Assembly (NCBI GenBank): GCA_002633005.1
Contig: NMRA01000048.1
Span: 436,707-500,706, forward strand
From: Phoronis australis
Lineage: Eukaryota; Animalia; Phoronida
DNA: 64,000 bases
Direction of reading: 5' to 3'
The notes under the pieces were generated by a model. It saw nothing but the letters and a program-made list of their open reading frames with translations. It searched no databases and was not told the origin of the DNA. The translations under genes were made by a program, and so were the position numbers. How positions within the stretch are numbered: position 1 is the stretch's first letter; the number at the start of each line of letters is the position of its first letter. Below, in pieces: positions 1 through 64,000 of this stretch.

Positions 1-137
1 TCTTAATGTGCGCGTATAAAAATGGAAGTTCTTTTAGTATACAATGGACCCATTTTGACAAGTCCACTTTTGCTACTAAACTGTAATCAATACAGGCACA
101 GTTAGACGTTCACTTCTCAATAATGCAAGAAAGCGTA

Positions 138-1537
138 CCGTATTCGCACTAATAAGCGGCCAGGGCGCTTAGAAAAATTCACTTCAAGAAGGGGGCGCTT
201 ATTATAGCCCAAAAGTGGTTGAAACCCGGTCTCCAAAACAGGTGACATCGTAAGCTAAAATTCATCAAGTTTACGCTCTGTGATGCATCTGTAACCTATG
301 ACAGAGTTCCTACATAATTGCAGTGCATTGCTATCAAACTGTTAGATTGCAAGCATTTTTCAGAAAATCCCAGTGCGAAAACTCGCCGACTGATGCGTCG
401 CTGCCTCACGATTGCCGATAGGCCAACTTGAATTCTTGAGTAAAAATAAAGTTTCGACTCAACAAATTACCTGAAGTTTTCAAAATAGCGTCCCCAAGAT
501 TTTTAAGTTCCTGTGGAGTCAGGATTAACTGCATATGAAGTCCAAATCTGCACTATAGATCGTACTCCGCAACACGATAAAAATCTGTGGACGAACACAG
601 TCCTGTTGTTGTCACGCGATGCAACGATCTATGTGTGTATTGTAACTAAGGAAATAAACACAAGCAGTAAAGCAGAACATGTTTTATTTAGCACTTGTTG
701 ATCTCATCTGCGAAAAAAGCTCGAGAATTGTCTCGGTAAGGCCGATGTCATTTAGTCGCCGGGTGACTGGATGCGTGACAGTCTAACAGTTATTTTTCAG
801 GAGATTCGGGGGGGTGTAAGGGTGCGGAAGTGTTCACTATAATGGGTCATTTTGATGTTAAAAACACGAAGTAAGACTAATTTAATAATTCCCCCTTGAA
901 AATAACCCAAACGATTTTTACGGTATTAGAAACTTTCGGAAATAAGTGCCAGTATTTATTTCTTGTCAATGCCATGCTACTCGTTTCATTAATAGATAGT
1001 TCCTGAAGATTAAACTTCGATGATGGATTCCTGAATGTAGTGCGCGCTTCCTAGCCACGAGCTTTTAACTAAAAAAAGGACAAGTTTTTATTAGTCTTCA
1101 AATACCGGTTTTCACGTATACAAAGAAATTTGGATTCCTGTTGAGGGAGAAGATCTGTATAAGAAAGACACAATACAATCCCCTTGACAAGTACGCTGCG
1201 TCTGCTCTGAAAGGCCAGACCATGATAGGACTTGCCCCTCGCAAGATCAGCAAACTTGCATTCTTTTTGAAGCACGGCGGAAGTTTGAAGTGTATAGTCA
1301 CGGCTAAATACCGACATAGCGGCGAGGCTCGTGGTCAACAAATTCCGCGCACAATGATTTTTTCAGGACTGTCGGTTCTTATTGATAAATTGAAGACATT
1401 GCTGTAGAATTTATAACTGTAGGTAAGTATTTTTCTCATGTGCACAGCATTCATGGACTGGGCGCTTATTTTAGCAAAGTCTGAAAACACGTGGGGGGTG
1501 CTTATAGGGGCATGGGTGCTTACTAGGGCGAATATGG
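138..1537. mobile_element. Non-autonomous Tc1/mariner(pogo)-like DNA transposon
   Basis: Imperfect TIRs CCGTATTCGCACTAATAAGC / GCTTACTAGGGCGAATATGG, each flanked by TA; no transposase ORF. Confidence 0.7.
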
Positions 1538-1754
1538 TAATAATCTGTTCGGGGATTCTGTATGTCAACCAGCATAATATTTCATAATCACTCATGTTAC
1601 TTTTCGTTGACAATTAATAAAAACTTTAGAGTTGTATTGTGCACTGTCTTTTAATATGAATATCAACAAATCACAAGCTAGGCTTGTAAACTCACCAACT
1701 TTTTCTTGAAATGTCCACATCATCATCCGCTAAACATAAAATTTAGTCACTCAC

Positions 1755-56703
<54,949 letters not shown>

Positions 56704-57016
56704 CACATGGATCACAGAATTTGAAAATTTCGAAGAAATCCTTCGTTCCTTTTTCACGACGCTCGAAAGAGCGCCATACTGAAACTAGCAATACGGACAA
56801 AATTTCCATGATGACTGTAATTGGTTAATATCAATATTTTTAGCGATATCCTTACAAAATATTCATAATAGGGAACCAAATGTAAAATAAAAATATTTAT
56901 ACTAGTATTCTAAGGCTTAAATTTAACATTAAGTGCACTTATAAATTTAAAATTTGTAGTATACATATACGTTGTTTTGCTCCTCACATGACCTGAAATG
57001 ACATACTTTGACAAGC
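56704..57016. promoter_or_regulatory. Compact bidirectional promoter and 5'UTRs shared by SMG1 and NOL11
   Basis: Divergent start codons at 56703 (-) and 57017 (+), with 313 bp between them and an AT-rich centre. Confidence 0.7.
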
Positions 57017-57148
57017 ATGGCCACCCTTTCAGAGTGTTTCCCGCTGTTGGGGCTGTTAAATGATTCTGAGTTAGTGGGATTAGAACCATACGTCAACGAA
57101 GAATGCGTTCTAGTTACGCTAAAGGACAGGGGAGTTTTTGTGTACAAA
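57017..57148 (+). CDS. NOL11: Nucleolar protein 11-like, exon 1
   Basis: MATLSECFPLLGLLNDSELVGLEPYVNEECVLVTLKDRGVFVYK|GTATGT resembles the NOL11 N-terminus as I recall it (MAALEEEFTL...LLGVE...FLVTDSGRTVILYK). Confidence 0.82.
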
Positions 57149-57279
57149 GTATGTAAACCTGTATTAAGTGTAAAATTACTGCTTTGGCAGAACGTTTCAA
57201 TGTACTGACTGTGGTGTAATAGGCATTATACTTATAGGGCGGTCGGATAAACGTGAAGGCGGTCCCTGATTATCATTTA

Positions 57280-58723
57280 CAGTCAAGTGATCTAATTATC
57301 GGACGTTTTGGCACATTTTGCATTATACAATCCGACTCCATTAACGTACATACTTGATATTAATATTTTCTTAATCCTCTCGTCAGGGTGATCATGGTGA
57401 TTCCAAAAATGTATTACTCGTACCGATTAGGCTCTTTTTATTCATGCATTCACCGTGTTCATTTGCGGCAGCCAATCTTGAGCGACCGCCATTATAAAAC
57501 TGCGACACCTGTCGGCAGGAATGATAACTACAACGATCATGCGTGTGTCAAAAAGACCCCAAAATTGGCTTGTATATTGAAGATACCGTGTGGCATGTTA
57601 GGGAAACTCTGAGTAAAAAACAGTAATAGTCATTTATAAAGGATTCCTTCTTCAAAACTTCATTAGAAAAAACATGAGAGTGTGTTCTCGCGGACAAATG
57701 TCATCCACGAAAACACTTGACATCTCGCGGTTAACCGTTAGTTATCAATCCTGCCGACAGGTAGCGCACTTTCAAAAATGGCTGCCTCACTAAATCCGCG
57801 TTGCAAATCAACGCTTTGGAAAAACTCGGAAATTGTGATTAATAATCGACCAATCAGCACAAGTAATACATTTTTGGAATCACCATGACTAGTAGAGGAT
57901 GCAAAAAATAGTAGTATCAAGTATGTACGTTAATGGAGTGGGATTGTAAACAATAACCGAAAATACTACGGATTGTTGTAAATTCTTTGCTGAAATAAAG
58001 GCTTACTTTTATAGAATTGTTCTGTTACTATATCTTGTCACCGAAGGCCACATTTATGTTCTGACTGATCTTTAAAAACACAACTAGCAAACCTTCGGAG
58101 AACTTAAATATCAGACACCATGTTTCCCCATGTGCCACACCGCGGCAAACTGATTAACCGCGTAATGGCCGCGGGCACCTTGTAGCCAAATTTCAGCTCG
58201 AGTGTTTTGTCATATATGGTGCTAGAACACAGGTCCATTCGCAACAAAATTATCCATAAAATGAAATCTGATGAAGGCGCCAAGTCGTTTCGATGAATCA
58301 GTGCAGACGACTAAAGCACGTGCAAACTCACTGCAATTTTTAGTTTCTCTTTGGCTTCTTGATATGACACCCGTATGTGCATGGTCAGGGTTTGACTTGA
58401 GTTTAAAAACAAATGAAAACCGGGAACAGTGACATATTGTCAGTTCAATGAGATGGTTTCATTGTGGAAAAAGATTTTGTATTCAACTTTGATAACCGAT
58501 TTATGCGATCGTCCATTTTAGGTTGACTTCGGGGTCTAAATTGCACTATGTCTCGTTGATATCAAAACGAGGCAATGCTGTAAAAAACGAGACGGTGCCG
58601 GACATTGAATGCATTACAGCGGAACAAAAATTGGTGTCATTTAATTCAAAGATTATGTTTCAAGTAAGATTTTATGAAATGTCCGATATTTAGGGTCCGT
58701 CCGATAATTAGGTACACTATGTG
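57280..58723. mobile_element. Tc1/mariner-like non-autonomous element in NOL11 intron 1
   Basis: TA|CAGTCAAGTGATCTAATTATCGGACG ... CGTCCGATAATTAGGTACACTATGTG|TA. Confidence 0.6.
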
Positions 58724-59803
58724 TAGAGAACCAGTTTCATCCACTAAGTAACGGGCCCGTTATTCAGTGTCTGCCTGGTTCTCTAAATCTGGGACCATTA
58801 TATTCGACCAGGGTTGTCTATAGCCAGCTGTATGAAGACTATCGTCAAAATACAGCTAGGTACCACTGTGTGTTTTTCATCCATAGACCCCGAAATTGCA
58901 CACAGTCAGGGTAGTTCTGCTCGTCAACTTGCCGTGAAACTTGTATCAACGTGTAGAGCTAAAGACCGGATGGGATGCATGTAAAATCTGGGAATCAAAC
59001 GACACTCACCTCGCTTGTTTCAGCTGTTTAAGTGGAAAACAATCTAACAAACGTCATTTTTTGTGTAATCCTCTGCCTTTTATAACAAAGAAAAATTATG
59101 TCATCATTTTGTAAACAATACACTCGTGCCATTTTCTAAATTTTTGCGACATCTCTCTGGAGATGATGATAGCTTGGCAGTAGCAAAATTTCTCCTGATA
59201 TTATGTTTTTCGGTATCGAAATTCTAAAAACCTATAATGAAGTGAAACCAGTTCCAATAATTTGATGTGACTTGTACGCAACCTCGTGAAAGAACAACAG
59301 CTGATTGAAGAATCGTCGAAAAAAGAAACTGGCCAATAGGTGACGCAATATTTCATGGCGCTGAAGATCGCTTCACAATTTTAGCAGCAGAATAACGGTG
59401 GAAGTCAATTTTTCCAAAACCAGAAAATAATGTTTTTTCCTCAAATAAGTGTAGTTTTTAATAACCCTAATTTTGTTTTATGTTTTACCTGGTCATTTTT
59501 TACCCACATCAGCGCAAAGCTGTATATTTAGTATACAGCTTTGTATCAATGCAATCTATAGTGTAGACACAGACCACCGTCTCTAGCTGGACTAGAGTCG
59601 TAGAAATGGTGAAGCTCCAATATAGGCGCTTCATACGCCTGAAGCTTTTCGGCGAATTATGCCTCACACATTAAAAAATCAAAGTAACATGGCACTAGTG
59701 GGATGACGCGGTCCCATTTTAAACCAACATAATTCCATAACTTCTTTAAGTGTTTAACCTAGAGTCATCATCCACATGTTCTCAAGACATTGCTCTGTGA
59801 GTC

Positions 59804-60376
59804 TGTGCTGTTGATTTTGCCATATCTTCACTCTCCAAAAATGGTGTGCCAGTCAGCAATGAGTCACTGTAAAAAATAAATTGCGCTGTGCTGTTGATTT
59901 TACTATACCTTTACTCTCCAAAGATGGTGTGCCAGTCAGCAATGAGTCACTGTAAAAAATAAATTGCGCTGTGCTGTTGATTTTACTATACCTTTACTCT
60001 CCAAAGATGGTGTGCCAGTCGGCAATGAGTCACTGTAAAAAATAAATTGCGCTGTGCTGTTGATTTTACTATACCTTTACTCTCCAAAGATGGTGTGCCA
60101 GTCGGCAATGAGTCACTGTAAAAAATAAATTGCACTGTGCTGTTGATTTTACTATACCGTTACTCTCCAAAGATGGTGTGCCAGTCAGCAATGAGTCACT
60201 GTAAAAAATAAATTGTGCTGTGCTGTTGATTTTACTATACCTTCACTCTCCAAAGATGGTGTGCCAGTCGGCAATGAGTCGCTGTAAAGAATAAATGTGC
60301 TGTTGATTTTGCCATACCTTCACTCTCCAAAGATGGTGTACTAGTCGGCAATGGGTCACTGTAAAGAATAAATTAC
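59804..60376. repeat. 83-bp tandem repeat, about 7 copies
   Basis: TGTGCTGTTGATTTTACTATACC...GAGTCACTGTAAAAAATAAATTGCGC. Confidence 0.93.
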
Positions 60377-62288
60377 TACTAGTAACCATTAATGTCATTT
60401 TAAATTTTTGGGAGTTCGCTGAAGTTTAATTGGTGAGCGATCTTAACAGTCAAAAGTATAAAACCCAATTACTACTCTATAGATATTGCCAACTAAGGTG
60501 AAGATTTTTTAATGCTGCGGTAAGTAAAAGGAAACTGATGAAATGAGCCTTGTAATGCCACGGTCATATAAAGTTTCTGACAAAGTTCAACTATTTTGCG
60601 GCATGTATTATCGGCCGACGGTCAGGCACCGGACAAGCGTTGGTGTCAAAAATCACACGTTGTCATAGAACTGAGTCGGCGGGATCAGCCGAACATGATT
60701 TGATGTGTAACCAAGGCAAAACTGAATGGAACATGATGCTCTTCGGGGTCGGCAATGGAATGTCCGGTGAACAAAGTGAGGGTACCTGACAATGATAGGG
60801 AGAAGAGGCAAAAGGCGGGCATCGGTGTTAAAATCCGCAGTAATACTTGCACCATCAGTCTGAAGACCGATCATGTCATAATTTTGAGTGAGCATAAAAT
60901 TTTAAATAACGAGATGATTGGATGCAGATTTTTATTTTGGCATGGTTTATCGGAGTACGTGTACAATTCTCTGATAGCGGTTCTTTTTTACGAAGTGCGA
61001 AAAGCACGTATGCTGCGGTGAATGAAGTTTACAAGAACTCAAAGCCCACTCATCACTCTTTTTCCAGTAAGCCAAACCGAAATTGCAAAATTCGGCAGTA
61101 TGGAGTGACAACGGATGACCTGTTTATAATAAGCAGTTACATTGATATCAAGTCAAATGTCAGACTGTATTGACTTTCTTCATTTAAATGTACATTAAAA
61201 TTGAATTGTCATGCGTAGTTTTGAATGAAAAGGGTAAAATCCTTTCCGTCCAAATGACATTTTTAACTGCCAAAGCACCAAAACTTTCTAACTGTAGAAT
61301 AAGCCTTTGACAGCCAAAAATGCCGTGTATATGTAAGTCTTCGGCAGATAGTTTGAAAAACTTTTAAACTTTTGTGGACACTATTGATTCCTTTGGGAAA
61401 GTTTCAAATGCCGCCAAAGTGATCATGAGTTCTGCCACTGCCATCAGCACTGTGACAGTGCTACAAAAACGTAATGAAGATACTGTACATGTGGATACCA
61501 CTTTCAAAATGTCTCTTCCTAAAATTGTCGTGGTCACGCGTGACGAAGACGCAGCGCTTCAGTTTCCCAGGGCTAAGAATGCTATCCATCTGGTGACAAC
61601 TACCTGTTTGAAGTGTGCCTTCATTTGATGACCGAGGTGCCTGGTGGCGCATGAGAAGGTGGAAAGATCTGGCGCTGTCCGAGGCACAAGGCTCTGAAGA
61701 ATTCATTGCGAGATGACACAACAGCTACTGAAACATCTTGTCTGGCCGTGAGCATTAAAGCAAGTCTGACAGCTCTTGCTGAGGAGATATGCTGATAACA
61801 AAATACTATAAACTTATAACAAAATGAAACCAGTTCTGATAATTTGTTGTGACATGTACGCAACTTTGTGAAAGAAGAACAGTTGATTGACGAATCAGCT
61901 TAAAAAGAAACTGACCAACAGGTGCTGCTTTTCGTGGCATTGAAACCAGACGCATGAGGTCGCTCCACAACTTTAGCTGCAGAATAATGATAGAACGCCA
62001 TTTTTTCTAACACGGTTAATAATTTAGTTTGCTCAAGGAAGAGTTTAGTTTATAATGGCACTAATTTTGTGTCAGATTTCATTTGGCCAGTTTTTTACTC
62101 ACATCGGTGCAAACCTGTATGTATATTTATACAGCTTTTTACCAAGGTTAAAGCTTTTGCAACTCCGATATTCAAATAACTCTTTCTTTTTCCCTTAAGC
62201 TTGTTTCAAAGAACCTCAATTGCCTGCAATTGTTAAGAAATTTGAGCTGCGTAATTTCTTATAAATACGTTGTTTATTTAATTTCCAG

Positions 62289-62402
62289 GTACGAGATCAA
62301 AAACCTCTGTATAGCTGTTCGCTAAGACAGAGTCAGACTGTGACTTGTGCAGCTGTTGTAAATCATGTCACTTTAAAGATTGTAGCTGTTTTGAATGCTC
62401 GG
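62289..62402 (+). CDS. NOL11: Nucleolar protein 11-like, exon 2
   Basis: VRDQKPLYSCSLRQSQTVTCAAVVNHVTLKIVAVLNAR versus NOL11 [23 protein letters not shown]; CAG|...|GTAAGG. Confidence 0.85.
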
Positions 62403-62788
62403 GTAAGGCTCATCATTTGCGTGGAAATTGTTCGTATATTGTTGAAATGTGAGGTAACAGTTATGAGTCTAAACTAATAATACTACCAGCAGGAAATAAT
62501 ATATAACTGGCCTCTGTCATCTATTGTATTGTGTTGAATGACTTAGGGTGCAAGTGAATTATTTTTCATTTTGGATTTATTGTTTCCTGAGCTCAATGTA
62601 TCGGAAATGATTTTCTTGCCATATAATTAATGCCATGCTACTGTCAATTCTTAAGTGAGAAGAGGCAAAAAATGTTAATGCCCACTGATAATGTTTTCTA
62701 GCTTTTTCTGGGCTTAACTCTTGTAATTGTACATTATTTTTTTGCAATGAATATTATAGAAAAAAAATTGTAACATCTGTATTAACAG

Positions 62789-62845
62789 CACATTTATCAA
62801 TGGAGTGAAGATGAAGCAAGCTTAGAAAAAGGCGACAAGATTCGT
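62789..62845 (+). CDS. NOL11: Nucleolar protein 11-like, exon 3
   Basis: HIYQWSEDEASLEKGDKIR (compare LRIWNNEDVNLDK); CAG|...|GTAAGT; phase 0. Confidence 0.75.
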
Positions 62846-63087
62846 GTAAGTTTAATAAGGTTATAGTATTGTAGAAAACCAAAAATGGAATTATTTTTTA
62901 ACTGTTTAAATGATTACTAATAATTGTTTTATTTATTCATTCTTACCTCATTTTAATGTCTTTAGGATGATGTAAGTTTCATAAAACATAAGTGGGTACT
63001 AGTAGCAACAATAGGTAAACATGTTAGCCTTGTTGATCTTAACTGAATTGTAAACTTGTCAGTTGTTGAAAGCCATGAAAAATATCA

Positions 63088-64000
63088 TTTTTATGCGCCC
63101 ACGTATTTATACGTGGTCGCATATTGCCGTCATCTCTGTCTGGGCGTCCGGCGTCTGCGGCTATATCTCCTAAGCCCCTTGCAGGATCTTACTGAAATTT
63201 GGCAAGTGTGTTCCTATGGAGTTGACGACAGAGGGCAGCGAGTTTCGGACTGACCCGAATACCACTGTGCCCCCTAGTGGCAATTTTATTTTTTTACGTT
63301 TGCCTCTGTATCTTCAAAGGTCCTCAACCGATTTCCGTGAAATTTAGTACATAGGCACCTCTTAATGAGTTGACGCTATCCTCTCGTTTTCGGATAGATT
63401 CGAGGCATTTTGCGCCATCTAATGGCCATGTTTACTGTTTTCGAGTCGTGTTTTTGGCGTCCGCCCCTCTAACATCCAAACCACTTTAAGTATGATTTAG
63501 AAAATTGGCATGTACGTTCGTACTATGAGGAAGACAGTCGACGATGATTTTCCGATGACTTCGACCACTGTGGCACCTCCTATTGGTAGTTTTGTTTGTT
63601 TTGCGCCCATGGCTGTAGCTCCTAAAACGTTCTACAGGATCTGTATTAAATTTAGTAAATGTGTTTATATGAAGTTGATAACGCACGACAACGACTTTCG
63701 GACAGACCGGTGTGCCCCCTAGTGGCAGTTTTCGTTTTTTTCGCTTATCTCTGTATCTTCAAAGGTCCTCAACAGATTTCCATAAAATTTGGCCAATAGA
63801 CATCTATTAGTGAGATGACGCTATCCTCCCGCTTTCAGATGAATTCATACTTTGTGCCACCTAGTGGCCATTTTTGTTGTTTTCGAGTCTGTTTTTGGCG
63901 TCTGTCTCTCTGTCAACCAAACCACTCTAAGGATGATTGTGAAAGTTGGCATGTATGTTCTTTCTATGAAGGTTACGGTTGGCGATGATTTTCCGATGAC
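63088..64000. mobile_element. Helentron/DINE-1-like element, opposite orientation, truncated by the window edge
   Basis: TTTTATGCGCCCACGTATTTATACGTGGTCGCAT terminus plus the same subrepeats in reverse. Confidence 0.7.

Overview
This is eukaryotic, AT-rich, intron-rich animal DNA; the repeat content resembles marine invertebrates such as molluscs, but the taxon cannot be fixed from the sequence. Most of the window (1755-56703, minus strand) is the 5' portion of an SMG1 gene, the PIKK-family kinase of nonsense-mediated decay. I traced 48 phase-consistent coding exons (about 2,529 codons) from the start codon through the HEAT/FAT region and the kinase domain (DRH, IHIDYN motifs); the gene continues past the left edge. 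Two of its introns appear to use GC-AG splice sites. A NOL11-like gene starts head-to-head 313 bp away on the plus strand (3 exons visible). The introns hold non-autonomous DNA transposons (Tc1/mariner-like, Kolobok-like, Harbinger-like, and a family with 6-bp TSDs), Helentron/DINE-like elements, an L1/Tx1 LINE remnant, a tRNA-SINE, an LTR-like segment and many minisatellites. The most interesting observations are: a 5x tandem duplication of an SMG1 exon/donor junction that builds potential poison exons; CTCF-consensus motifs spaced about 147 bp apart inside Helentron-like elements; a heat-shock-element promoter in an intronic LTR-like segment; a start-stop uORF overlapping the SMG1 ATG; and a KolobokP/P2X7-like remnant. 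All calls are from manual reading, with no database searches.
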